This document shows, piece by piece, positions 49,555 to 62,014 of a stretch of 64,000 bases of DNA. The notes below the pieces were generated by a model. The model searched no databases. It saw only the letters and a list, made by a program, of their open reading frames with translations, and was not told where the DNA came from. Within the stretch, counting starts at the first letter, position 1. The number at the start of each line of letters is the position of its first letter. The DNA comes from Schmidtea polychroa (taxonomy: Eukaryota). The stretch is from the NCBI GenBank assembly GCA_044892525.1, contig CM097887.1:12090001-12154000 (forward strand), read 5' to 3'. A program made the position numbers and the translations under genes.

Positions 49555-49850
49555 AGTAGGTAGTTATGTGCACTCCAGATCCATGTGCACTCCAGATCCA
49601 GATACCCCCCCCTATTTTTTTAAAAATTTTTTATAATACCCCCCCCATAATTTTTTTTAAAATTTTTTGAAATAACCCCCCCCCAATTTTTTTAAATTAA
49701 AATTTTTGTTTTAATCATCGGTTACGTAATATTTTTGTTTTAATTATTGATTACATAATATTTTAATTTGTTTCAATCATCGATTACGTAACAATTTTAA
49801 AATCTTTAAAAAACGTTGATTACGTCATTGATTTTAATTTTTTATAAGAA
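49555..49850 (+). mobile_element. Maverick/Polinton-like left terminus
   Basis: AGTAGGTAGTTA, a duplicated atgtgcactccagatcc, C-runs alternating with T/A runs, then relatives of the 540-790 repeat. Confidence 0.45.
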
Positions 49851-50169
49851 ATTTTTATGTCATTATACTTGAAATTTAATTCTCTGTTAAATGAGACTAT
49901 GATGTAATCAAAATTCTGAAATTTAATTTTTAGTACACCATTTTTTGAATTTACACATCTTTTTAAACAAATTGAGATATTTTCACTCAAACAATATATA
50001 GATAGAATTTTAATCTCTATAAAATGACATCATTATTTACTTCATCTATTTTATATGCCTGTATTGACATATTTAGAAACCAGCTTTCCCAATCTTTATA
50101 TTCAATTTTATATAACAAAGACATATTGCATACAAAGACACACATAACTCATCATACTTTTTAAATATA

Positions 50170-53100
50170 TTACGTTGCGGTATTTGCGAGAAGTGGAATG
50201 CTGCCAGCAGTTTTGGATGACGTGTAGCTGCTCAGGGCGTCCGCAGCGAGTTTGGTTTCCAGGTAAATGGTGGCGTCAGCGATCCAGTCATGCACGATAA
50301 CGCGCGGCATCCCCTTTAACAGATTCAACAACCGGATAGCCAGATCAAAGTCCTGGCGCCAAATAGCTAATTCGGCACTGGCTATGATCTGACTGGTGTC
50401 GACCTCATCGGATTTCGGATCGATCTCCGTGTCGGACTCGATGAGATGGGACGGGGTCAATATTATGAGGGAGCGCAACCAGGATACGATATACATCGGT
50501 AGCGATGCACTCGTCTCGTCTATCATTGCCACTCGGCGACAGACCCGCTTAATCTTATCGAACCGCTTTGTGAGCAGGTTCTGGGTGCAAACCCCCTGCT
50601 CAAGGGCGCATTTCGGTATTAATTCCAGGAACAGCTGCAACATGGGTCTACTCGATGGTTGCGCTGCCTCCTCGAATGAGTTGAGGTACCTGGCTAAAGG
50701 AGGAGTGGCGCCATTGCCAGTGAGCACTCCGTGGAGTGCATGGCAGGCAACCCACATATCCTGTGCCTCACGGGACAGGATTTCCTCGTCCGCCCGGCCC
50801 TCAACGGCTGCCTCAATGCCCTCCACACGCATCCTCCATCCATCAATTGACGCTCGCATCTTCTCCCGCTCCTTCAGTAGCGCCTCCCGCACCGCCAAAC
50901 TGTGCTGCTTATCGATCTCGTCCTTCTGGATTTTCAGCAGTTGGTTGATGTGCTCATTGTGTGCCGATGCCTGTCTGGTCAGTGCCCGTCGCAACTCCGC
51001 CTCCTGGTGCTGTTTCATTTTATCCATATCCTCCTGGAACTCCATCGATTTCTTTCTCTTCTCGATTTCGTTCTCTTTCCAGTTCCATTTGTACCTTTCC
51101 CTCCGCTGATATGTCGTTCTCTTTCCAGTTCCATTTGTACCTTTCCCTCCGCTGATATGTCGTCCTTCCTTCTCTGTTCCATTAATGCCGCTTCCAATCG
51201 GATCACTTCCATCGATTCCAGCTCTGCGATTCTCGCCTGCAATTGGTGCATCCTGCGGTGAGCATGCACAATCATTGCATTGAGGTCATCGTTCGATAAT
51301 TTGTCTGTTTGCTTATTTGTCCAGTTAGACACGTTCGGGTTGAGGCTGGATAATTCCTGCTTGAACCGCTCCTGGCCCTGGTGGATCAATTCCTTGTATT
51401 GATTAGTGATTTGGGCATTGAATTGGGCTTTTCCTATGTCGGCGAGTTTCTGTTTGATTCAATAATTCGTGCTCGATAACACTTCCTGGCCGGTATGCAG
51501 TGACGGATTGGATTTCAGGTCTTCGGAATGAGTGCCTTCGTTTACTGATAATTCCAGCTGCTTGATCGCCAACCTGAATGAAATATATCAATAAATCAAT
51601 CATTATCCTATATATAAAACCAATTTATTATTTAGTCGAGTGATTTTATTCGATATATCAGAAATATGAAATTACAACTTCATTTACACAAAAATCGATT
51701 ATAGCTTCATTTAAACAAAAATTTAAATTTTGACATTATTTAAACAAAAATATGAAATTACAACTTCATTTAAAAAAATCGATTATATAACTTTATTTAA
51801 ACAAAATCTGAAATTTTGACTTCATTTTAACAAATTTGAATTTTCACTTCATTTAAACAAAATTTGAAAATTTGACCTTATTCAAACAAATATCGATTAT
51901 ATCACTTCATTTAAACAAATTTTGACGTCATTTTAACAAAAATCAATTAAATAACTTCATTTAAACAAAATCTGAAATTTTGACTTCATTTTAACAAAAA
52001 TTTTAATTTTCACTTTATTTAAACAAAAAGTTAAAAATTTGATCTTATTTAAACAAAAATCTGAAATTACAACTTCATTTGAACAAAATTTGAAATTTTG
52101 ACTTCATTTAAACAAAATCTGAAATTTTGACTTCATTTAAACAATTTATTATTTAGTCGAGTGATTTTATTCGATATATCAGAAATATGAAATTACAACT
52201 TCATTTACACAAAAATCGATTATAGCTTCATTTAAACAAAAATTTAAATTTTGACATTATTTAAACCAAAATATGAAATTACAACCGATTATATAACTTC
52301 ATTTAAACAAAATTTGAAATTTTGACTTTATTTAAACAAAGTTAAAAATTTGACTTTATTTAAACAAAAATTACAACTTCATTTAAAGAAAATCTGAAAT
52401 TACAACTTCATTTAAACAAAAATCGATTATATCAATTCATTTAAACAAAATCTGAAATTATGACTTCATTTAAACAAAAATCAATAATATCACTTCATTT
52501 AAACAAAAATTTAAATTTTGACATTATTTAAACAAAATCTGAAATTTTGACGTCATTTTAACAAAACTTTTAATTTTTACTTTATTTAAACAAAAGATAA
52601 AAATTTGACTTTATTTAAACAAAAATCTGTTATACAACTTCATTTAAAGAAAATCTGAAATTACAACTTCATTTAAACAAAATTTTGACTTCATTTAAAC
52701 AAAAATCGATTATATCAATTCATTTAAACAAAATCTGAAATTATGACCTTATTTAAACAAATATTGATTTTATGACCTTAATTAAACAAGAATTTGAAGT
52801 TAGGTACAAAAGTTGATATTTTGACTTCATTTAAACAAAAATCTGAAATTACAACTTCATATAAAGAATAATTCAAATTTATGCATTCATTTAAACAAAA
52901 ATAATTATATAATTAAAACAATAACTGAAAGTGGGGAAGCATGCTGGGACCACAGATACATAAATTGCTATGGCAACTTTACAATATGTATTATTAAAAC
53001 AAATATAAATTTATAATTGAAAATTGTTTAAAAATTCAATAAATATATTTTACTCGAGTCTTTTCATTTCTTTATAGGATTTTGTTTTGGCAGTCTGTTG

Positions 53101-53593
53101 AAGGTGATTGCTTTCATTGACTTCTTCCCATGGATTCGGAATTGTGGTCTATAGGGAATGAATTTGTAAATAAATATTATACTCCTTTCATAAATCTCTC
53201 ATCCTACCCCATCATCTTCGATAGCTCGTTTCAATTTCTGGCTGTGCTCCTGGATTTTATTCGCGTATTCCATTAGATGAAGTATGACACTAGTTGAAGC
53301 TGCTTCTACTGAGTCGATTTGACTTGAAAGCTTAGTAGAGAAAACTAAACACATTGTTTAATTTGACCACATAATAATCAGTTTCATTTCTCTTTTACCT
53401 TCGTTTAACTTTTTTAATCTGTCGGCTTCCTTTTGGACATCATCTTTAATTTTCTCTGAAGGTGTACGTGGTACCTAACAAATTCATTTTTACTAATTCG
53501 ATATCGACAACAGAATTCTGTTAATACTTTCTTTACGGACTCATTCATGAAAGGTTTGGATTCTTTCTGACTGGAGTCAGACCCATTGGATTC
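50170..53593 (-). pseudogene. IMMT: MICOS subunit MIC60/mitofilin, 5'-truncated and disrupted; exons 53593-53528, 53474-53399, 53344-53208, 53148-53054, 51573-50170
   Basis: LSNDDLNAMIVHAHRRMHQL, ELRRALTRQASAHNEH, LTKRFDKIKRVCRRVAMIDE, YIVSWLRSLII match mitofilin motifs; GT-AG introns of 53, 54, 59 and 1480 nt with consistent phases; in-frame TGA (STNY*IKQ) and a 46-bp duplication (51069-51160) with frameshift. Confidence 0.88.
51622..52910. repeat. AT-rich 23-30 bp satellite (core acttcatttaaacaaaa) inside the large IMMT intron
   Basis: Dozens of degenerate units; block 51622-51760 recurs at ~52145-52285. Confidence 0.9.
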
Positions 53594-53755
53594 CTGATAT
53601 TTAATTTAGAAACTTAATTTAAAATTTATCATGTAAAACCTTGGACTTGTAAAAGCGACTTGTAAAAGACCTAAAATCACATTACTTCAATTAAATTTAT
53701 CTAATTAAATCATGTAAATTCATGTTTATTTACCAACTAATTTTAGGGTTTATTT

Positions 53756-53792
53756 CAGTGTTTCCCAACCTTTTTATGGATAGCGGCACACC
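53756..53792 (+). mobile_element. Isolated hAT-type terminus (CAGTGTTTCCCAACC..GCGGCACACC)
   Basis: Matches the Charlie/Buster-like TIR pattern; no partner end found. Confidence 0.55.
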
Positions 53793-53800
53793 AAACATTT

Positions 53801-55540
53801 TTAAGAAATTATGAAGAAACTTTTTACATAATTCAAACAAAGATAACAAACGGAAGCACTAACAAATTGACGTTGTTCAATTTTCGTTAATTTAATCATA
53901 GGTTTCCTACCCATTTTATAATAAAAAGGAAGAACCTTATTTAATGCTATATCCTCTATAGCACTTAAAAAACTCTCGACGCAATCTAAACCTATGAACT
54001 GTTGATATGATTTAGATCCGTCAAAGTTATTTACAAGTAAAAGACCAGCAGATATTGGCATGTGTCGTTGGAAATGAAGATTATCAGAAGGTAAAATAGC
54101 CTCAAAATCGGCATAAACTACAAAAGGAGGAGTTACTGTTTTCGACCAGTCAGTAAACTGCAATAATTTATTTTGAGGGAAAGTGTAAAGAGTTGTTCCT
54201 AATTGATTACGTTTACATAATATTTCATGTTTTTCCAGTGCGTTTCTATTATTAAACCCATTCAAACACCGATGACACCATAATGAACGTATGCGTGTAG
54301 GACAAGTAGTGTTGATATGAAAATTCAATAACTTATTTAAATTACTTATAGCAACTTAATAGAAATTGTTTCCTTTATTTAATAGTAGTAAATTAATTAC
54401 AGTTCCATTTAAAACTTTGGAACGATGTATAATGTCTAAATGTGGATGTTTTAAAACGTAATTATCTGTTAATTGTTTGCTATTGTCATAAGAAAAAACG
54501 TTAATTATTAAGCCGGGATTTTTGGCCTCAAATTTTCTAATGTCTTTTAATTTCATGGGTAAATCTAACGGATTATATATTAAGTCAGATAAATTATAAC
54601 TGGATGTCCTATTTCTATATTGTCTAACAACCTCATCATATTTTAAAATAGCTAAAATGCTATATAAAAAGCATGAATCATCGATGATTTTTATATTAAT
54701 TAAACAATATTTATTTTTTAGATAAGTAGGTAGTTCAATGAAACTCCTACCACTTAATCTACTTAACCTACTTATTTTTGTTATAGTGAAGTGGATTTCT
54801 GTTATATTTTTTATAATCCAACTACTTCCTAACTCTGTAATATTAGTTATTTTCTCATTTAATTCCCTAATACCTTCATCAAAAAATGATGCAGTTAAAG
54901 GTTTTGCGTAATTGGAGATATTATTAACCTTTATTTCCCCGTCTTTTTCAAATTCGATTGTTATTCCGAATTGAATTTTGACGGAGCCTAATTCGTTAAT
55001 AATATCTCTCAATTTTATAATTAATTGTTCAGGAAATATTATTTCCTTTATATTTAAGTCGCTAATATTTAAACTGAATATTTGATGTGTACCCCTTAGA
55101 TCTTTTTCTATTATGGGAACATTACCCCCTATTTGTATTATATTTAATCCATCCCAAGAATCAAAGGAATTGAATAATCCGACCTGGGATTCAACAACCA
55201 ATCCATCATTGGATTCAACAACCAATCCATCATTGGATTCAACAAAAGACAATCCAGCCAGGGATTCAACCTCTAATCCGACCTGTGATTCAAAAGAAGA
55301 AGTATCTAATTTAATTTTTTTATTTGTATTATTTTTTTCTATAGTTGAGGGTCTTTTAAAAACACTATCTTTTTTAAAATTAAACCTATCTAAATGATTT
55401 TTATGTTTATTATAAAATACGCTATATGTTACAGGGTCACTAGTCTTACATACGGGACATATAAAATATGTTTTATTATAATATTTTTTCGAGTAATAAT
55501 TCTCCATTATAGAATGGCAATTATTATCATGTTCTTTCAA
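53801..55540 (-). pseudogene. N-terminal half of a Maverick/Polinton (adintovirus-like) protein-primed DNA polymerase B, split by a stop/frameshift and truncated
   Basis: GRSFIELPTYLKNKYCLINIK..DDSCFLYSILA, PMKLKDIRKFE.KN..L.INVF, CHRCLNGF....LEKHE..C, PPFVVYADFEAIL, F.G.DCVESFL, CYLC: the typical succession of motifs preceding the polymerase core in Polinton pPolB. Confidence 0.75.
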
Positions 55541-57199
55541 TGAACAATAATTTGGATAAAGTATACCTATAAAATAAAAATTTAATAAAAAAAAATATAT
55601 ATAATTTAAATGAAATATTTTAATAAATGTTTACGCAAAATCTTACAAATTTTATTTACTAAAAAATAAAAATTTACTAAATTAAAAATATTAACATTTA
55701 ATTAAATAAAAAATTATATTAAATTTCCTTTAAATTATATAAAAAAGTAAACAATACTTACATTGTAAATTTTCATTTCGATTTATTGACACATTGACAT
55801 AATTTTTCTCTTTATTCGTATTACCTAAATTATTAATTAATTAAATCAATAAATTAAAAATTATGTTTACTTTTTCTTTTCAAATTTCCTTTAATCTTCG
55901 ATTTTAAATTGTCTTCATTAATATTATCTAAATTAATTAATAAATTAATTAATAAATTAATTAATAAATAAATTAAAATTTACCAAATTCCTGAATTTTT
56001 TCTCGAACATTCATAACGTTTTCTATTAAAGAATTCATTTTTAAAGGTTAATTATTTGTTAAATATGAATAATGATTGATTATTGTTTATAGATTATTAT
56101 TGTTTATAGGAACAAATTCTAACCAATCAAAATCAAGGAAGGGTAGGGAAAAAATATATTACGTTGCGGTATTTTAAAATTAAAATTTATTTTAAAAACA
56201 CATTTTGACGTTAAAGTCGAGTTATGTAACAAAGACATAATAAACTTATTATTTACTACAAATATTTCACCTATCAAATACCTAACTAGAGATGATATAT
56301 ATTGATTGTTCATAAAAGAAAACTTAATCATAAATTTCTGTATATTATTTTGTAAATTATTTCTGTAAATTAAATTTTGTATATTATTTCTGTAAATTAA
56401 CAAGTAAATTTAAAGTTCTTGATAAGGTTAACTGGTTTCTTAGCTTATGTTTTTTTAAAAAAGTTCATCAATGTGTAAATATTCTTAGAAAATTATTGAA
56501 AAAAATTATTTAGTCAAATGCATTACAAAGTCATCTAAAATTAAACCAATTACTTAATTATTAACATAACAGTCATTAAAAAAAAAGAAAAATTAATTTT
56601 TATTTAAAATTTAACAAATTATCAAGAAATTCAATTAAAATCATCATTAAAGCTTTAAATTTTTTAATAAATCAACATGAAATTCTTAGAAAATAATTGA
56701 AAAAAAAATATTATTACAAAGTCATATACAAAGTCATAATTAAATTTATCTTAGAACTAACTTAAAATTTTTAAATATTCATTCTATCCACATGAAATTC
56801 ACGAAAATGATAAAAATTCACAAAAACCATCAACTCTAAAAAACTAATTACTAATGAATACCTTAAACACCAAAATTTATCTAAATAATCTTTCAAATTA
56901 ATTCATTAAAATTGAAGACAACACGCTCTATTTTGTCATTACATTCAATTAAAATTAAATAAATCAAGATAAGAACTTTGATAAAAAATATTATTCTAAA
57001 ATGGTAAAAGTTAACACTGTAGTGTTAAATGAAAAGGTAATTATTCTTTAAATCTAATTAACTTAGTCATAATTTTCTTTAATTTAACCCTTTATTTACT
57101 TAATTTAGTCCTTGTTTACCGAATATAGAAGTTTAAAATATAGACCATTGATTACTTTAATTTAAAAATGTATCCCTTAATTTACATAATTTCAATCTA

Positions 57200-58030
57200 A
57201 AATTATTTCAAAAAATTTTTTCTAAAATTGTCATTGAAAAATATTTCATAAAAGTTTTCATTTAAAATTTTCATTGAAAAATATTTCATAAAAATTTTCA
57301 TTAAAAATTATCTTAAAAATTATTCTATAAAAATTTCCATCTAAAATTACTTAAAAAATTATTTCATAAAAATTTTCATTAAAAAATTTCAATTCTCAAA
57401 CACCTTCTATTATTTTGTTAATAAATTTAAAATCTTACTTTAATTTGCTTATTTAAAATATTTGACCATTGATTACTTAATTTAAAAATTTAGACCTTAA
57501 TTTACTTTAATTTAATTTTTTAGAACCTTAATTTACTTTAATTTTAAATTTTGAACCTTAATTAACTTTAATTCAAAATTTGGACCTTAATTTACTTAAT
57601 TGAAATTTTAGACCTTAATTTGCTTATTTATCTTTAATTTACTTAAGTTTAAAAATATATCCCATAATTTACTTTAATTTAAAATTTTAGACCATAATTT
57701 ACTAATTGAAAATTTTAGACTTTATTTTAGAACTTAATTGAAAATTTTAGACCTTAATTTACTTAATTGAAAATTTTAGACCATAATTTCATGTAAAATT
57801 TTAGACCATAATTTACTTATTTGAAAATTTTAGACCTTAATTTACTTAATTGGAAATTTTAGACCTTAATTTGCTTATTTATCTTTAATTTACTTAAGTT
57901 TAAAAATATATCCCATAATTTACTTTAATTTAAAATTTTAGACCATAATTTACTAATTTGAAAATTTTAGACCTTAATTTACTTAATTAGAAATTTTAGA
58001 CCCATAATTTGCTTTATTTTGAAAAATTTA
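57200..58030. repeat. AT-rich subterminal tandem repeats (~28-bp aaattttagaccttaatttacttaattg units)
   Basis: Directly visible; related sequence at ~19150-19350. Confidence 0.8.
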
Positions 58031-58319
58031 CCATACTTTTTTAGTGTAGACCACCTTTTTGTATTGAAATTCTCATGACCAAGAAGATCCCCTCACTATA
58101 GTCTGAAAAATCCATGCTTTTTTTATTGAAGACTACCTTTTTCTATTGAAATTCTCAGGACCAAGGAGACCCACCCAAATAATATTTATCCTTGGCTTGT
58201 TTATTGAAAAAAAAAATTTTGTATTTAAAATCCCAGAAAACATTGGGCATTACGGCAACAATTATGTAATCAAAAAATGTCTACGGAAAAAGTTATGCAA
58301 TAAAAAGTTTGCAACATTT

Positions 58320-58370
58320 TTTACACCCCCCCCCCCCCCTATTGTTCCCGCGGGCCACTAACTACCTACT
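58320..58370 (-). mobile_element. Maverick/Polinton-like right terminus
   Basis: Ends TAACTACCTACT (AGTAGGTAGTTA on the minus strand), directly abutting Gypsy gag sequence; pPolB lies internal. Confidence 0.55.
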
Positions 58371-60960
58371 GATTAGATTCAGCCGAAACATTTATAGAGA
58401 AAATTAAAAAGATGACAAGGAAATTAATAGCGCACAAATGGGATGAAGAAGAAATAGAAAAATGCCTGCTTACTAACTGTGTAAGAGATCGAGATGAAAG
58501 ATTTGAAAACATCAAAAGAAATAAAAGCGACAATAAAGAAATTAGAAAAGGTAAACAAAATTATGGGCCATATTAATGTTGTGAAGACTTCACCGATTGT
58601 TCAAAACTACAGAAGTTACAGAGATGTTGCTCAAAGAGGAATGGTAAACGGAAATAATAATTTCAAGCAGCAAAACGTCAGTAACCGACAATTGGAATGC
58701 TGGACATGCAAGAAAACTGGTCATATTAGTCGAGAATGCCAAATAAAAAAGAAAATGACGTGTTTTGCATGCGGAGTTGAAGGCCACGTACGGCGAGAAT
58801 GTTCAATGCCAGAGATGTCACTTACGTGGACACAAGGAGATTGACTGCTATACAAATTTGGAAAGAAGGAAGTTTCAAACTATTTCAAACATGAGAAACA
58901 ATAATTATTATACCCATGAAACCACAAGCTATCAACAAAAGATCAACAATCCAGAAAGAACAATTGCAGCAATTAAAGCTAATGATGAGACGATGCCACT
59001 TGAGTATTCAGATGATGCAGAAGACAAATATGAGGATATTCAGCACCCAAAAGTACTTGCTTCGACACGGGAGGCAATGATCGGAGCAATATACTAGGTA
59101 ATTTTGATATTGATGTAAATATTGGTCATAATAATTTTAATAATGTAAATAATCCTTAAATATATAATAATGTAGAACTTTTATGTAATAAAATTTGTAA
59201 TTTTAAAATGTTTCCTTTAAATAATTTCAAATGTTATAGTTTTTTTAATGCTGATCGATCTTTAATAAATAATAATAATAATCCTAAGAATCAAGAAGAG
59301 TATAATGAAATTAAAGAAGCAGAATATAATAATAAAATAGTAAATGAAAAAGTTTATAAATTTATTAAAAAGGCCGAAGATAAACTAGAGAGAAAGGAAA
59401 TTGGGTGGATTAATGAAATATCAGAGGAGCAAAATATTTTCACTAAAGATGAATGGAAACGACCGAAATTGAGTTATGACAAAATGCAAGGTAGGCCGAG
59501 TACAACTCTTGAAATTCAGAGCTATAGAATGGAATGCTTAATAGATACAGGAGCAAAAGTAAATGTAATGGCAGAAGCAGTTGTGGACAAATTAGTGAAT
59601 GTGAAAATCATAAAAACAGATGAGATGTTAAGATGTGCAAATGATAGTAAATTAGAGACAATCGGAAAAATATATATTGATGTTAGAATTGGTAATATGG
59701 AAAGAAAAATAACATTTATAATAGTTAAAAATATTGTTCCAGATATAATAGGCGGAGTGGAATTGCAGAAAGAGTTTGGAATTGAATTAAACTACATCAA
59801 GCAAAATGAAGAAAAATATAATGAATTTGTGTGTGAAATAGAAGCTAGATTTGGGGAAAAGATTACAGATAACGAGAGATGTCAAAACGCAATAGAAATT
59901 CTAAGATTAAACGAAAATAAAAGACTGTTAGAGATTGTTAAAAACAATAAAAGTGTTTTTATGGCTAATAACTGGGATATCGGATGTACTGATTTAATTG
60001 CACATAAAATCATCACAAAAGAAGGGCCAATTATGATAAAACCCAGAAGACAACCCATCAATTTAGAGGAGAAAATAAATGCTGCTATAAAAAATTTAGA
60101 AAATAATGATATCATAATAAGATGTAATTCATCTTGGAATACGCCGTTAGTATGCGTGTGGAAAAAAGACAAAAAAGATATCAGACTTTGTTTAGATTTT
60201 AGACAGCTTAATAAGATTACTGAAAGACAAGCTTTTTTTATGCCGAATGTAGAAGAAATTCTAGATACATTACATGAATCTAAGTACTTTAATTCGATAG
60301 ACCATGGGAACGCTTATTATCAAGTGAAATTGGACATAGAATCGCAAGAAAAGATAGCATTTTCTACTAAAGAAGGACAATTTTGTTTTAATAAAATGCC
60401 TTTGGCATTGCGGCGGCACCGGGTACATTCCAAGAATTAATGGCAAAAATATTGAAAGATTTATGGAAAGAAGGAGTTATGGTGTATTTAGACGATACTT
60501 TAATTTTTACAAGAACAATTGAAGAACATTACAATGTGTTTGGAAAAGTTCTAGAGAAAATACGGGAAGCTAAATTGAGAATCAACCCAGAAAACTATCA
60601 GTTATTAAAGAGCGAAGTAAAGTTTTTAGGGCACATTATTAACAGACAGGGTATTCGGACAGATCAAAGTAAAATTGAGGTTATTAAATCATTTCAGAGG
60701 CCTAAGTGTATAAAGAATTTGAGTAGCTTTTTAGGTATATGTAACTATTATCGGAGATTTATTAAGGAAAATGCAACAAAATCAAGAGCGCTAGAAAGCA
60801 TATGTGGAAGCAATAGTGAAAAAATAATCTGGACTGAGGAATGTGAGAAAGCTTTCGAAGAAATGAAAATGGCGTGACTACAACGCCAATTCTCGTATTT
60901 CCAGATTTCAAGAAAGAATTCATATTAGATACAGAAGCAAACTTTGATACAATTGGAGCT
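58371..60960 (+). mobile_element. Degenerate Ty3/Gypsy gag-pol (three CCHC knuckles, LIDTGA protease, RT with YLDD, start of RNase H)
   Basis: CWTCKKTGHISREC, CFACGVEGHVRREC, CQRCHLRGHKEIDC; SSWNTPLVCVWKK..DIRLCLDFRQLN; VMVYLDD; several frameshifts; interrupted at 60961. Confidence 0.92.
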
Positions 60961-61768
60961 TGTTAAGTTGTATGTTTAATAAGAAAATTGATGGGCCCGA
61001 AAGAGTCTCCGTTAAAACTTGTGGCGGGACAATCGGGGTGCAGGTTGTGTTAAGTGATGTAACAGTAATAAATAAAAAGAAAATTAATATTCAACAATAT
61101 TCAATTAATATCACACGTTACTGTACAAAACAAAATTAATACTACTTGGATCAATTCAGCTTCTTAATGCAATTTCGAAGTTCAGTTTCTTGAATCAGTT
61201 TCTTAATTTACTTTTCTTAATTCTGTTTCTTGAATCAGTTTCTTAATTTGCTTTTCTCAATTCTGTTTCTTGAGTTAGTTTCTTAATTTACTTTTCTTAA
61301 TTCTGCTTCTTGAATTAGTTTCTTAATTTAATTTCTCAATTCTGTTTCTCGAATCAGTTTCTTAATTTACTTTTCTTAATTCTGTTTCTTGAATCAGTTT
61401 CTTAATTTACTTTCTCAATTCTGTTTCTTGAATCAGTTTCTTAATTTGCTTTTCTCAATTCTGTTTCTCGAATCAGTTTCTTAATTTACTTTTCTTAATT
61501 CTGTTTCTTGAATCAGTTTCTTAATTTACTTTCTCAATTCTGTTTCTTGAATCAGTTTCTTAATTTGCTTTTCTCAATTCTGTTTCTTGAGTTAGTTTCT
61601 TAATTTACTTTTCTTAATTTTTCTTAATTTAAATTTACCATAGTAAATTATCGCTATATAGTTTTTTTTGAAAATCTGGATTTCCCAGATGGCGGCATTT
61701 TATATTTTAGTATTCACAATTCCTAATTGTGAACACTAAAATATTAACAAAAATAACTGTACATTACA
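60961..61768 (-). repeat. Probable 3' LTR of the minus-strand Gypsy, containing ~11 copies of a 39-40 bp repeat (61190-61620)
   Basis: TG at 60961 exactly where the plus-strand RNase H breaks; PPT-like AAAGGGGGAAG at ~61772-61783 on the minus strand; inner boundary uncertain by a few nt. Confidence 0.65.
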
Positions 61769-62014
61769 TAACTTCCCCCTTTAAAACCGGAGGTTAACAT
61801 GAATCAATAAAAAGTAACGTAGAAAAAAATTACATTCAATAACCTTTTTTTTGTATGTTTTATATGTTTTTATGTATTTTGTTTCTGTTTTATTTTGTAT
61901 CTACAACCGCAATAAAATTAAAAAATTTACATTTTGTTTGGTATTTACAAGGAAAATAAAAACTGTACAATTAACGCTGTTTGTGCATGTGTTTGTTTGT
62001 GTATGTTTGTGTTT

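Noticed and set aside
50396-51261. Plus-strand ORFs overlapping IMMT, and other antisense ORFs over gag, RING and pol genes
   Set aside because: Shadow frames of real coding sequence with no independent motifs
49555-58370. A single intact Maverick element
   Set aside because: Termini match for only 12 bp, no TSD, and no integrase, ATPase or capsid genes; kept only as a hypothesis in findings
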